In this document: in pieces, positions 40,138-53,530 of the stretch
Position numbering within the stretch: position 1 is the first letter of the stretch
Layout of the letters: each line of letters starts with the position of its first letter
Assembly: GCF_029258315.1 (NCBI RefSeq)
Contig: NZ_JARHZE010000041.1
Coordinates: forward strand, 1-59,160
Length of the DNA stretch: 59,160 nucleotides
Direction of reading: 5' to 3'
DNA from: Fusobacterium sp.
GTDB lineage: Bacteria > Fusobacteriota > Fusobacteriia > Fusobacteriales > Fusobacteriaceae
Notes under the pieces: generated by a model
The model's database searches: none
What the model was told of the DNA's origin: nothing
The model's input: the letters and a program-made list of their open reading frames with translations, nothing else
Made by a program: the position numbers and the translations under genes

Positions 40138-42051
40138 ATAGGAATTATAAATATTTTAGATGAAAAAGTTTCTAATATGATAGCAGCTGGAGAGGTTGTA
40201 GAAAAACCAGCTAATATGGTGAAGGAACTTTTAGAAAACTCAATAGATGCTAAAAGCACGAAAATTATAATCAATGTAAAAAAAAATAATAGATATGTGA
40301 AAATAAGTGACAATGGGGTAGGAATGTCAAAGGAAGATCTTTTACTTTGTATTGAAAGACACGCCACAAGTAAAATTTCTACAAAAGATGATCTTTTTAA
40401 TATTATGACTTATGGATTTAGAGGAGAGGCACTTTCCTCAATAGGTGCAGTTTCAAAATTAACTATCAGCTCAAGAGATAAAGAAAGTGAAAAGGGTACT
40501 ATTCTTATGTCTCAAGGGGGAAAAATTACAAATATTCAAGAAGTTTCGAGAGAAGTTGGGACAGAGATAGAAGTAAAAGATTTGTTTTTTAATACACCAG
40601 CAAGACTTAAGTTTTTAAAAAAAGAAACAACAGAGTTTAGGGCAATTAAAGATGCTGTTTTAATGGAGGCTTTGGGAAATCCCAATATATCTATCACTTT
40701 GTTAAATGATGATAAAGAGGTTTTAAAAACAAGTGGTAAGGGGATAAAAAATACAATTCTTGAGCTTTTTGGAAAAAATACTTTAGAGAATATAGTTTCA
40801 TTTCCTTTAGGTTATCTTGGAAATATATCTTTAAATCGTTCAAATAAAGATTTTATTTTTATATTTATAAATGGGAGACCAGTTAAATCTCAAATAATAG
40901 AGAATGCTCTGATAGATGGATACTATACAAAACTTATGAAAGGAAGATATCCATTTGCCATTTTATTTTTAGAACTAGATCCAAGAGAAGTAGATGTAAA
41001 TGTACACCCAACTAAAAAAATAGTTAAATTTTCAGATGAGAATTATATATACAATTATATTTTTGAAGAGGTTAATAAAAAACTTTTTGGAGATGATGAT
41101 TTTATAGCTCCAGTTATAAAACCAAAAGAACAAGAAGAGAAAGTAGAAAATGCTAAAAGTTTCGAAAAAGAAAAAATAGAGGCTGAAAAAATTTCTTTAG
41201 ATAATTTTTTTGAAAATTTTTCAAAAAAAGAGGTGGAAGAGAGAAAAGAAGAAGAGATTTTTCAAGTAGCAGAACCAATTCAAGAAAAAAATGAAGAGGA
41301 AAAAGCAGAAGACAAACTTTTGAAAATTAATAATTTTTTTCAAGAAAAAGAAAAAAATACAAAAAAAATCTTTGCAAATAACGAAAAAACTGATAAACTA
41401 AAGAGTAGTGAAGAGGAAATAAAAAAAATAATTGATTTTTCTGAAAAAAGGGATATAATATCAAAAAATGTTTCAAAGGAAAATTTTAAAATAATAGGAC
41501 AATTAGCAGATACTTATATTTTAATTGAAAGAAATGAAAATCTTGAAATTTATGATCAACATATTATACATGAAAGAATTTTATATGAAAAATATAAAAA
41601 ATTATATTATAATAAAGAGATCACAACTCAACAACTTTTAGTTCCTGTTAAGTTTAGAATATCAAATAAAGAGAAAGAGTTAGTTGAGGAAAATATAGAA
41701 ATTTTAAAAACTTTTGGATTTGATATTGATTTTTTTGATAAAAATGATATCCTTATAAGAGGGATACCTAATTTTAAAATTCTTTGTAGTGTGGAAGAAT
41801 TAGTAAAAGAGATAATAGAGGATTTAAAAAATTCAAAAGTAAGAAATACTCTTTTGGAAGAAAGTATAATAATGTCATCTTGTAAGGGAGCTATAAAGGC
41901 TAATCAAAAACTTACAATGGAAGAGATGAAAATATTATTAGAAAAATTATTTGAAATCGAAGAATACACTTGTCCTCACGGAAGACCGATTCTTTTAAAA
42001 ATGTCTTTAAATGACATAGAAAGACATTTTGGTCGTCTAGGGAGTAAATAA
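40138..42051 (+). CDS. mutL: DNA mismatch repair protein MutL (apparent ATA start)
   Basis: 'IAAGEVVE', 'HATSK', 'GFRGEAL', 'DQH..HER', 'CPHGRP'. The conserved N-terminus (M)GIINILDEKVSN is encoded from ATA at 40138. Confidence 0.95.
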   Translation: MGIINILDEKVSNMIAAGEVVEKPANMVKELLENSIDAKSTKIIINVKKNNRYVKISDNGVGMSKEDLLLCIERHATSKISTKDDLFNIMTYGFRGEALSSIGAVSKLTISSRDKESEKGTILMSQGGKITNIQEVSREVGTEIEVKDLFFNTPARLKFLKKETTEFRAIKDAVLMEALGNPNISITLLNDDKEVLKTSGKGIKNTILELFGKNTLENIVSFPLGYLGNISLNRSNKDFIFIFINGRPVKSQIIENALIDGYYTKLMKGRYPFAILFLELDPREVDVNVHPTKKIVKFSDENYIYNYIFEEVNKKLFGDDDFIAPVIKPKEQEEKVENAKSFEKEKIEAEKISLDNFFENFSKKEVEERKEEEIFQVAEPIQEKNEEEKAEDKLLKINNFFQEKEKNTKKIFANNEKTDKLKSSEEEIKKIIDFSEKRDIISKNVSKENFKIIGQLADTYILIERNENLEIYDQHIIHERILYEKYKKLYYNKEITTQQLLVPVKFRISNKEKELVEENIEILKTFGFDIDFFDKNDILIRGIPNFKILCSVEELVKEIIEDLKNSKVRNTLLEESIIMSSCKGAIKANQKLTMEEMKILLEKLFEIEEYTCPHGRPILLKMSLNDIERHFGRLGSK

Positions 42052-42063
42052 TAAGGAGTTACT

Positions 42064-42531
42064 TTGAATATAAATATAATTTGTGTAGGGAAAATAAAAG
42101 AAAAATATATTTTAGATGGAATAGCAGAGTTTAGTAAGAGAATGCAGGCTTTTGGAAAATTCAAGATAGTTGAATTAAAGGAGTTTGGAAATGATTCGGA
42201 TAGAAATTCATCTATTTTAAAAGAAGCTAAAAGTATAATTGAGGCTTTGGATAAAAATAAAGGATATAACATTCTACTTGATATTGGTGGAAAAAATTTT
42301 TCATCAGAGCAAATGGCTAAAGAGATCGAAGAGATATGTGTGAAAGGTTATAGCACAATAAATTTTATCATTGGAGGTTCTTATGGAGTTTCTGATGAGA
42401 TAAGAGGGTTATCAAACTTATCTTTAAGTTTTTCAAAGATGACATTTCCTCATCAATTGATGAGACTTATATTGTCTGAACAAATTTATAGATGGTTTAG
42501 TATAATAAATAATATAAAGTATCATAAATAG
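42064..42531 (+). CDS. rlmH: 23S rRNA pseudouridine-1915 N3-methyltransferase
   Basis: 'CVGKIKE', 'FIIGGSYG', 'SKMTFPHQLMR.IL.EQIYR...YHK'. Confidence 0.97.
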   Translation: MNINIICVGKIKEKYILDGIAEFSKRMQAFGKFKIVELKEFGNDSDRNSSILKEAKSIIEALDKNKGYNILLDIGGKNFSSEQMAKEIEEICVKGYSTINFIIGGSYGVSDEIRGLSNLSLSFSKMTFPHQLMRLILSEQIYRWFSIINNIKYHK

Positions 42532-42556
42532 TAAAAGTAAATAGGAGGGATTTTTT

Positions 42557-42892
42557 ATGTATTTACCTGGGGACTATTTTAGGCAAATGGTTTTAGGAGA
42601 AGAAATTGAATTTGAAATAGTGGCAACATTAACTTATGACAATGATGATTATGTTATTGCTGAAAGTGGAGATGGAGAAAGATATGTATTCTTAGCTAAT
42701 GATGAAGAAGATTTAGAATATATAGATGATGAAGATCAAGTTGAAGAAATCGTTGAATATTGGGAAAATGAATATGATAGTGGAGAAGATATAGGCGATT
42801 GGGAAGATGATGAATATTATGATAGAGATGATGCTCGTAGCTCAAGAGATAGATATGACAATGAAGACTATCACGATGAAGAGGATTATTAA
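42557..42892 (+). CDS. Acidic hypothetical protein (DUF1292-like)
   Basis: 'GEEIEFEIV...YVI', very D/E-rich; SD AGGAGG. Confidence 0.6.
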   Translation: MYLPGDYFRQMVLGEEIEFEIVATLTYDNDDYVIAESGDGERYVFLANDEEDLEYIDDEDQVEEIVEYWENEYDSGEDIGDWEDDEYYDRDDARSSRDRYDNEDYHDEEDY

Positions 42893-43263
42893 TGAAAGTT
42901 TCTTTAAAAATTAAAACTTTTGAGAACCAAAAAGAGTTGTTAGATAAAATAGTAAAAGCATTAAAAAAAATTGAGAGAGAATATATATCTTATATTTATG
43001 TAGACGAATTTGGAAAAAATATTATAAAAATTTTTAAAGATTCTGTTATAATAGAAAGAAGTGGACAAGTTAAAAGTACAGTTTTATTGAAAAAAAATTG
43101 TGAGACAGATTTAGAGTATAAGAATCAATATTTAGATATGAGATTAACTATATTCACTAAAAAATTAGATATTCATAATGAGGGATTTAAAACTGAATAT
43201 ACAATTTATCAAGGAAAAGAAATAATAAATAAAATTATTATTTCAGTGGAAGAGCTTTCCTAA
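42892..43263 (+). CDS. DUF1934-like beta-barrel protein
   Basis: 'VIIERSG...Y.NQY..M.L.I.TKKL...Y' pattern. Confidence 0.6.
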   Translation: MKVSLKIKTFENQKELLDKIVKALKKIEREYISYIYVDEFGKNIIKIFKDSVIIERSGQVKSTVLLKKNCETDLEYKNQYLDMRLTIFTKKLDIHNEGFKTEYTIYQGKEIINKIIISVEELS

Positions 43264-43279
43264 AAAGTAGGAGGAACAA

Positions 43280-46226
<2,947 letters not shown>

Positions 46227-46245
46227 TTTAAGATGATTAAAAATC

Positions 46246-46280
46246 TCCCTTCAGTTTTTTAACTGAAGGGATTTTGTTTT
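46246..46280 (+). terminator. lysS terminator
   Basis: TCCCTTCAGTT/AACTGAAGGGA plus T-rich tail. Confidence 0.75.
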
Positions 46281-46294
46281 TAAGGAGGGCGAAT

Positions 46295-48874
46295 TTGAGA
46301 AATACAAAATGGATGTACAAAGGTGAAGTATCAACAGAAAAAAATAATTCTAAATACAGTAAGGATTTAATAAAAATTTTGGAAAACAGAGGCATAAAAA
46401 CTGATGAGGAGATTGAAAAATTTTTAAATGGAGATTTAGAAGATTTAAGAGATCCATATGATTTAAAAGATATGGAAAAAACTGTTGAAATTATTTTAGA
46501 TTTTAAGGAAAAAAATAAAAAAATATGGGTATATGGAGATTATGATGTAGATGGTATAACTTCCACATCACTTTTATATAGAGCTTTTCATGAAATAGGA
46601 ATAGAGTGTGAGTATTATATTCCTTTAAGAGATGAGGGGTATGGTTTAAATAAAGATGCTATAAAAAAAATAAAAGAGATGGGTGGAGATCTTATCATAA
46701 CAGTTGACTGTGGAATATCCTCTGTGGAAGAGGTAAGATATGCAAATGAGATTGGGATAGATATGATAATCACAGATCACCACGAAATAAATAATGAATT
46801 ACCAGAAGCGAAAGCCGTAATAAATGTAAAAAGAAAAGATAATGTTTATGACTTTACAGGTATCTCTGGAGTTGGAACAGCTTTTATGTTAGTTCTTGCT
46901 TTATATAGAAAACTAGATATAGAAATAAAGGCTTATAAATATTTAGATATTGTGGCTATTGGGACAGTGGCAGATTTAGTTCCTTTGATAGAAGATAATA
47001 GAATAATTGTAAAAAAAGGTTTGGAGCAATTAAAAAGAACAAGATGGAATGGACTTAATGTACTTTTAAGAAAATTGTATCAAGATTTTAAGGAAAAAAC
47101 TTATGATACCTATGATATAGGATTTATAATAGCTCCTATTTTTAATGCTGCTGGAAGATTAGAAGATGCTAAAAAAAGTGTTGAATTATTAATAAGTGAG
47201 GATAATAAAGTTTGTGATGTCTTATCCTATGAACTTATAAAACAAAATGAGGATAGAAAAGATATACAAAATGAAATTTTAAATCTAGCAACTGAAGAGA
47301 TAGAAGAAAAAGGACTGGATAAAAAAGGAATAATTATTGTAGCAAAAGAAAAACTTCATAGTGGAGTAATTGGAATAGTAGCCTCTAAAATAGTGGATAA
47401 ATATTATAAACCAACAATAATAATTGATATAAAACCAGAAGAGGGGATAGGTGTTGCCTCTTGTAGAAGTATAGAGGGATTTAATATAATAGAATCATTA
47501 AATTATACTAGAGATGTTTTCACAAAATATGGGGGACACTCTGGAGCAGCTGGTTTTAGTATAGAGATAGATAGAATCCCAGAGTTAAAAGAAAGACTGG
47601 AAGAGTATATTAACTTAAAATTAAATGAGGATAATTTTTTAAAACCTATAAAAATTGATAAAGAGATAAGAGTTGAAAAAATTTCCTATGGATTTTTAGA
47701 AGAGATTTCAAAAATAGAGCCTTTTGGATTTGGAAATTCAACCCCTATATTTTCTATGAAAGATTGTAAATTTTCAAATATAAGAAAAATAGGAAAAGAT
47801 CAGACTCATCTTATGATGAATATTATAAAAAATGGTGTTGAGATAAAAAACTGTGTTTGGTTTAGCGGAGCAGATACCTTTGAGGAAATTTCAAAATCTT
47901 CTCTAATCGATGTGGCTTTTAAATTAAAAATGGAAGTCTTTAGAGATAAATATCAGTATAAAATATTTGTAGAAGATATAAAACTAAAAACTGAAGAAGA
48001 GGATAAAGAAAAAAGAAAACTTTTGGAAGAGATAGATATGTATGATACTATTTTTCCTATAAAAACAATTTTTTATACAAGAAAAAAGGTAAAAGAAAAA
48101 TTAAGTTTAGCATTCTATGAGAATAAAATTTATGTGAGAGAGGGAAAAACAGTAGTTGGTGAAATTGATGAGGCTACAGCTTATCTTTTAATGAATTTAA
48201 AAAATAAATTTAATTATAAATTTATCTGTGATGTTGAAAATATAGAAGAAACAGATGAAAATTTTAATATCTATATAAATATTTATAGAGATTTTTCTTT
48301 TGAATCATATAAGTTAAAAGAGGGAGAGATCTTTAAAGAGATAAAAGAATATTTAATAGATAGATTAGATTATAATGGTTTCCAAAAAAGAATACTAGCC
48401 TCTGTATTTAGAAATAAGATAAATTGTATTGGACTTTATAAAGAAAATAGAGGGGTGGGAACAATTATAAAAACAATAGGATTATTTTATAAAACTATTG
48501 GTAAAAAATCTTTATTAATAACAGAAAAAAATATAAAAAATGATATAGAAAACTATATAGAGGTTTCAAAAAATTATAAAGAAAATTATGATTTTTATAT
48601 CTATCTAGATAAAATGGATAAAATATTGCCAGAAAAATATTTAATTTTATTTAATGAGAAAGAAAAAATAGATTTTGAAAAAAATATAAAAATAATAGAG
48701 GATAGTTTTGAAATACCAGATAATATAGAGATAGTTAATGATATGGATTTAATTAAAGATTTTACTATGTTTTGGACAAAAAAAATGTCATTTGAAAGAA
48801 AGATAAAATTAAAATCTCTTATGAAAGAAGGGATGAAAATCTTTGGTACAGAAGATATAAAAGAAATTTTATAA
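46295..48874 (+). CDS. recJ: ssDNA exonuclease RecJ with long C-terminal extension
   Basis: 'GDYDVDG', 'TVDCG', 'TDHH', 'GGHSGAAG'; TTG start 46295 after SD AGGAGG. Confidence 0.95.
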   Translation: MRNTKWMYKGEVSTEKNNSKYSKDLIKILENRGIKTDEEIEKFLNGDLEDLRDPYDLKDMEKTVEIILDFKEKNKKIWVYGDYDVDGITSTSLLYRAFHEIGIECEYYIPLRDEGYGLNKDAIKKIKEMGGDLIITVDCGISSVEEVRYANEIGIDMIITDHHEINNELPEAKAVINVKRKDNVYDFTGISGVGTAFMLVLALYRKLDIEIKAYKYLDIVAIGTVADLVPLIEDNRIIVKKGLEQLKRTRWNGLNVLLRKLYQDFKEKTYDTYDIGFIIAPIFNAAGRLEDAKKSVELLISEDNKVCDVLSYELIKQNEDRKDIQNEILNLATEEIEEKGLDKKGIIIVAKEKLHSGVIGIVASKIVDKYYKPTIIIDIKPEEGIGVASCRSIEGFNIIESLNYTRDVFTKYGGHSGAAGFSIEIDRIPELKERLEEYINLKLNEDNFLKPIKIDKEIRVEKISYGFLEEISKIEPFGFGNSTPIFSMKDCKFSNIRKIGKDQTHLMMNIIKNGVEIKNCVWFSGADTFEEISKSSLIDVAFKLKMEVFRDKYQYKIFVEDIKLKTEEEDKEKRKLLEEIDMYDTIFPIKTIFYTRKKVKEKLSLAFYENKIYVREGKTVVGEIDEATAYLLMNLKNKFNYKFICDVENIEETDENFNIYINIYRDFSFESYKLKEGEIFKEIKEYLIDRLDYNGFQKRILASVFRNKINCIGLYKENRGVGTIIKTIGLFYKTIGKKSLLITEKNIKNDIENYIEVSKNYKENYDFYIYLDKMDKILPEKYLILFNEKEKIDFEKNIKIIEDSFEIPDNIEIVNDMDLIKDFTMFWTKKMSFERKIKLKSLMKEGMKIFGTEDIKEIL

Positions 48875-48986
48875 TTATAACTAAATAAAGATAGATATAA
48901 ATATAATGAGTAATAAATGAACTTGATTTTTTTATATAAATAGAGTATAATTAATTAGTTTTTTTAAAAAATTTAAGGAGAGTTTT

Positions 48987-50549
48987 ATGGAAAAAGAGAC
49001 GGGAGCTAGTGCATTAAAATCCCATATGAAATCTCATATGGATCTTTATTTTTTAGCTTTCCTAGTTGGAATTTTTTCTGGGGTAGTAGCTGTTGCATAT
49101 AGAGTTTCTCTTTCTTATGCTGACAGTTTTAGAAGAGGATTTTATACTTATGCTAGAGAAAATTTTGGAATTAAAGTCTTATTATTGTTATTGATCTTTG
49201 GAATTGTAATTTCACTTATTTTAGGTTGGATAATTGTAAAAATTCCAATGGTTAAAGGTAGTGGAATACCACAGGTTAAAGGTATAATTGCTAGACAAAT
49301 GAACTTTAATTGGGCTAGGGAAATAGGAGCTAAATTTTTCGGTGGAGTTCTTGCTATTGTAGCAGGGATGTCACTTGGTAGGGAAGGACCATCAGTTCAA
49401 TTAGGTGCAGAAGTTGGAAGTGGTATTTTTAAAATTTTTAAAAGAAAAGAATATGATAAAAAATATTTGATAACTTGTGGAGCTAGTGCTGGACTTTCAG
49501 CAGCCTTTGGTGCTCCTATTGCAGGAACAATATTTGCCATTGAGGAGTTACATAAATTTATGTCTCCACTGCTTGTTACTTGTGTACTGATAGCATCAGT
49601 TTCAGCAGAGTTTGTATCTAAAAATTTCTTTGGATTTTCACCAAGTTTTAATATACAAGTAGAGGGATTTTATCAATTAAAAGATTATTTACTAATAGTT
49701 CTTTTGGCTATAATAATCACTTTTATAGGTAAACTTTTTAGTGATGGAATTTTATATTTTCAAAAATTATATAAAGGTATAAAAATAAATCCAGTTATAA
49801 AGCCGATGGTTGTAGTAGCCATTACAATTATAATGGGACTTTTCTTCTTTGATGTAACAGGTGGAGGACATAGTTTAGCAGAGAGAGTAATACATGAAAG
49901 TTTTTCATATAAGACATTGATAGTTTTATTGGTTTTAAAATTTATATTTACATTGATTTGCTATTCGACAGGTATTCCTGGGGGAATATTTTTACCAATG
50001 CTTGTTATTGGAGCTATAATAGGAAAAATATATGGAATGTTTGTTATAGATCTTTTTGGATTAACAGAAACATATGATGTATATTTTATTATAATAGGAA
50101 TGGCAACATTACTGACAACTGTTGTAAAATCACCTCTTACTGGAACAATTTTGATATTGGAGATGACAGGATCTTTTTACCACTTCTTCCCAGTAGTGAC
50201 AGCTTGCATGGCAACATTTTTAATGTCAGAATTAATAGGAATAAAACCGATTTATGATTTACTTCTTGAGAATATGTTACCTAAAAAAGATGAAATCACA
50301 GGGGACGAAGAGAAGAAAACTTTAGTAAAAATACCAATAGGTCCAGATTCAGAATTTGATAATATTTATATTAAAGATATTAAATGGCCTGGAAGATGTA
50401 TCATTGTAGATATAGAAAGAGGAGATAAGTGTTTAACTCCAACAAGAGATACCATAATTCAAAGTGGAGATTTATTAGTTATTTTAATGAATGAAAACAC
50501 AGCTAATAAAGTAACTCCTATTCTTTTGAAAATGGGAGAAGGTGCTTAA
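48987..50549 (+). CDS. ClC H+/Cl- antiporter with C-terminal TrkA-C/RCK domain
   Basis: GSGIP, GREGP, GGIFLP motifs. Confidence 0.92.
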   Translation: MEKETGASALKSHMKSHMDLYFLAFLVGIFSGVVAVAYRVSLSYADSFRRGFYTYARENFGIKVLLLLLIFGIVISLILGWIIVKIPMVKGSGIPQVKGIIARQMNFNWAREIGAKFFGGVLAIVAGMSLGREGPSVQLGAEVGSGIFKIFKRKEYDKKYLITCGASAGLSAAFGAPIAGTIFAIEELHKFMSPLLVTCVLIASVSAEFVSKNFFGFSPSFNIQVEGFYQLKDYLLIVLLAIIITFIGKLFSDGILYFQKLYKGIKINPVIKPMVVVAITIIMGLFFFDVTGGGHSLAERVIHESFSYKTLIVLLVLKFIFTLICYSTGIPGGIFLPMLVIGAIIGKIYGMFVIDLFGLTETYDVYFIIIGMATLLTTVVKSPLTGTILILEMTGSFYHFFPVVTACMATFLMSELIGIKPIYDLLLENMLPKKDEITGDEEKKTLVKIPIGPDSEFDNIYIKDIKWPGRCIIVDIERGDKCLTPTRDTIIQSGDLLVILMNENTANKVTPILLKMGEGA

Positions 50550-50570
50550 AAAATAAAGAAAGGGGTTTAT

Positions 50571-51179
50571 ATGATAAAAGAAGCTTGTGTAGAATCATTT
50601 TCAGAAGCTGTCATAGCGGAAAAAAGAGGAGCAGATAGGATAGAACTTTGTGATAATTTATCAGAAGGAGGGACTACGCCTTCTTATGGAACTATAAAAA
50701 CAACTTTAGAAAAGATAAAAATACCAGTATTTGTTATGATAAGACCTAGAGGAGAAAATTTCTGTTACAACAGAAATGAGATAGAGATAATGAAACAAGA
50801 TATAGAGATGTGTAAATCTTTAGGAGTTAAGGGGATTGTCTTAGGAGTTCTTAATAAAAATTCTGAGATAGATTATCCTTTACTAAAAGAGTTAGTTAAT
50901 TTGGCATCTCCAATGGAAGTAACTTTTCATAAAGCAATAGACGAACTTGAAAATCCTTTATCAGAGATAAAAAAATTGGCTGATTCAGGGGTAAAGAGAA
51001 TATTATCTTCTGGAACAAAAGCAAAGGCGATTGATGGTAAAGAAGTTTTAAAAAAGATGATAGAGGAAGCTGGAGAGGATATTACAATTATTGTAGCAGG
51101 TGGAATAACTTCTAAAAATTTAGAAGAAATTTCTAAAGAGATTGTAAGTTCTGAATATCACGGGAAAAAAATTGTCTAA
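50571..51179 (+). CDS. cutC: Copper homeostasis protein CutC
   Basis: 'GADRIELC..L.EGGTTPS', 'MIRPR', 'TFHKAID', 'RILSSG'. Confidence 0.95.
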   Translation: MIKEACVESFSEAVIAEKRGADRIELCDNLSEGGTTPSYGTIKTTLEKIKIPVFVMIRPRGENFCYNRNEIEIMKQDIEMCKSLGVKGIVLGVLNKNSEIDYPLLKELVNLASPMEVTFHKAIDELENPLSEIKKLADSGVKRILSSGTKAKAIDGKEVLKKMIEEAGEDITIIVAGGITSKNLEEISKEIVSSEYHGKKIV

Positions 51180-51184
51180 AAAGC

Positions 51185-51213
51185 TTGACAAAAGAATAAT
51201 AAAGTGTTATAGT
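51185..51213 (+). promoter_or_regulatory. Sigma70 promoter
   Basis: TTGACA-17 nt-TATAGT with TG extension. Confidence 0.75.
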
Positions 51214-51253
51214 ATGTCATACAAAAAATTTAGTAGACTGAAGTAACAAAGTA

Positions 51254-51287
51254 AAACCATTTAGTTTTTACTAAATGGTTTATTTTT
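51254..51287 (+). terminator. Terminator-like hairpin in the ABC operon leader (or cutC terminator)
   Basis: AAACCATTTAGT/ACTAAATGGTTT followed by ATTTTT. Confidence 0.6.
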
Positions 51288-51340
51288 AAAAAATATTACT
51301 TTAGTTAAATAGAGAGAGAAAGCAAAAGGGAGGAAATTTT

Positions 51341-52102
51341 ATGAAAAAATTATTAACAATTATCACTTTATTATTAGGTATGACTTATATGTGTTTTGGT
51401 GCTGACAATTCTTTAAAAGATGTAGAAAAAAATGGAAAAATGGTAGTTGGATTAGATGCTACTTTTGCTCCAATGGGATACAGAGATGAAAATGGAGAGT
51501 TAGTTGGTTTTGATATAGATTTGGCAAAAGAAGTAGCTAAGAGAATGAATGTTCAAGTAGAATTTAAACCTTGTGAATGGGATGGGATTTTATTTGATCT
51601 TAGAAGTAAAAAAATAGATATGGTTTGGAATGGAATGACAATGACTGATAGTAGAAAAAAACAAGCATTATTTTCAGAACCATATTTCGAAGATGGACAG
51701 ATGATATTTTCTAAAAAAGAAAATAAAATAAATAAAGTTAATGAACTTGAAGGAAAAATAGTTGGAGTTCAACTTGGAAGTTCAGCGGATATAGCTGTTC
51801 AAAAAAGTTCAGTCTTTGGAAAAATAAAAGAGATAAAAAAATATTCTACAAATGTTGAAGCTTTAATGGATTTAGAAGCTGGAAGATTAGATGCAGTTGT
51901 AGTTGACGCAGTGAATGGAAAGTATTATAATTCTAAGAAAGATGTCTTAGCTTATTCAGAAGAATCTTTAACAAAAGAGTATTATGGAGTAGCTTTTAGA
52001 AAACAAGACAAAGCTTTAAGAGATAAGGTTCAAGAAAAATTAGATGAAATGAAAAATGATGGAACATATAATCAAATCGTAGCTAAATGGTTTGGAAAAT
52101 AA
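51341..52102 (+). CDS. Amino-acid ABC substrate-binding protein (family 3)
   Basis: 'VGLDATFAPMGYRDENGELVGFDIDLA', 'WNGMT'. Confidence 0.92.
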   Translation: MKKLLTIITLLLGMTYMCFGADNSLKDVEKNGKMVVGLDATFAPMGYRDENGELVGFDIDLAKEVAKRMNVQVEFKPCEWDGILFDLRSKKIDMVWNGMTMTDSRKKQALFSEPYFEDGQMIFSKKENKINKVNELEGKIVGVQLGSSADIAVQKSSVFGKIKEIKKYSTNVEALMDLEAGRLDAVVVDAVNGKYYNSKKDVLAYSEESLTKEYYGVAFRKQDKALRDKVQEKLDEMKNDGTYNQIVAKWFGK

Positions 52103-52123
52103 AAAATTAGGAGATAGGAAACA

Positions 52124-52750
52124 ATGCAAAACGATATTTTATTTATACTACAAGGTATGGGACTTACAATAAAATTATATGTGCTTACTTTAGCACTATC
52201 ATTACCACTTGGGATAATTTTATCTTTAGGAAGATTAAAAAATAAAGGGATAATAAATAATATTATAGTAATATATACTTCTGTATTCAGAGGAACACCA
52301 TTATTATTACAATTATTCTTTGTATATTATGGACTTCCAATAGTTGGAATAACACTAACAGCTTTTTCAGCTTCTGTAATAACTTTTGTTATAAACTATG
52401 CAGCTTATTTTTGTGAAATATTTAGAGGGAGCATATTAGGAATAGATAAAGGGCAGTATGAAGCTTCAAAAGTATTAGGATTAAGTTATTGGCAAACTAT
52501 GATAAGAATAATAATTCCTCAATCTTTAATAACAGCTATACCACCACTTTCAAATGAAGCAATAGCACTTGTAAAAGATACATCATTGGTATCAGTAATT
52601 GGAATGGCTGAGATATTAAGAAATTCAAAAGAGTTAGTAACTAGAGATTTCTCTATACTTCCATTTGCAATTTGTGGAGTTTTATATTTCTTGATGTCAG
52701 TTGTTATAATAATGTTATTTAAAAAATTAGAGCAAAAGGTGATGATATAA
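52124..52750 (+). CDS. Amino-acid ABC permease
   Basis: '[10 protein letters not shown]', '[12 protein letters not shown]', 'LVKDTSL'. Confidence 0.93.
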   Translation: MQNDILFILQGMGLTIKLYVLTLALSLPLGIILSLGRLKNKGIINNIIVIYTSVFRGTPLLLQLFFVYYGLPIVGITLTAFSASVITFVINYAAYFCEIFRGSILGIDKGQYEASKVLGLSYWQTMIRIIIPQSLITAIPPLSNEAIALVKDTSLVSVIGMAEILRNSKELVTRDFSILPFAICGVLYFLMSVVIIMLFKKLEQKVMI

Positions 52751-53406
52751 TGGGATATATTTCAGTAAGAGATTTACATAAAAGTTATGGACAAGATGAA
52801 ATATTAAAAGGAATAGATTTGGATATAAATCAAGGAGAGGTTGTTTCAATAATTGGAGCATCAGGTGGAGGAAAATCAACATTTTTAAGATGCCTTATTG
52901 ATTTAGAAACAATAGATAAAGGAGAGATAACTCTTCCAGAAAAAAATAAAATGGGAATGGTTTTCCAAGCATTCAATCTTTTCCCACATATGACAGCAGC
53001 TCAAAATATTATGGAATCTTTGGTGGTTGTAGATAAAATGGATAAGAAAGAGGCTAGAAAGATAGCAGAAAACTTATTAGAAAAAGTTGGGCTAAAAGAG
53101 AAAGCAGATGTATATCCTAAAACTTTATCAGGGGGACAAAAGCAAAGGGTTGCCATAGCTAGAGCTTTAGCAAGAAATCCAGAAGTTTTATTATTTGATG
53201 AACCAACTTCGGCTTTAGACCCTGAAATGGTTAATGAAGTATTAAATGTTATAGAAAGTCTTAGAGAAGAAAATAAAAATATAACTATGATAATAGTAAG
53301 TCATGAGATGAATTTTGTAAACAAGGTATCAGATAGAATATTTGTTTTTGAAAAAGGAAAAGTAAAAGATATAATTAATAATTTAGAAAATAGAAAAAAT
53401 TATTAA
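52750..53406 (+). CDS. Amino-acid ABC ATPase
   Basis: [27 protein letters not shown]. Confidence 0.93.
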   Translation: MGYISVRDLHKSYGQDEILKGIDLDINQGEVVSIIGASGGGKSTFLRCLIDLETIDKGEITLPEKNKMGMVFQAFNLFPHMTAAQNIMESLVVVDKMDKKEARKIAENLLEKVGLKEKADVYPKTLSGGQKQRVAIARALARNPEVLLFDEPTSALDPEMVNEVLNVIESLREENKNITMIIVSHEMNFVNKVSDRIFVFEKGKVKDIINNLENRKNY

Positions 53407-53410
53407 AATA

Positions 53411-53476
53411 AAAAATAAAACTGATCTTAAAAGTTGGATTAAATTTCAATAGCTATAAGATCAGTTTTTTTATTTT
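53411..53476 (+). terminator. Long IR terminator after the ABC operon
   Basis: AAAACTGATCTTA...TAAGATCAGTTTT. Confidence 0.65.
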
Positions 53477-53500
53477 AAAAGATAATTCAATTTTGGTATT

Positions 53501-53524
53501 AAAAAAGCACGATGACTCGTGCTT
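53501..53524 (-). terminator. pssA terminator
   Basis: AAGCACGA/TCGTGCTT with A-run. Confidence 0.65.
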
Positions 53525-53530
53525 AAATTT

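Noticed and set aside
49017-49040. 12-bp tandem duplication (KSHM x2) at the ClC N-terminus
   Set aside because: In-frame, two imperfect copies; no evidence of phase variation
51214-51246. MSYKKFSRLK* as a leader peptide
   Set aside because: ATG directly abuts the -10 box, upstream of the expected TSS, and has no SD
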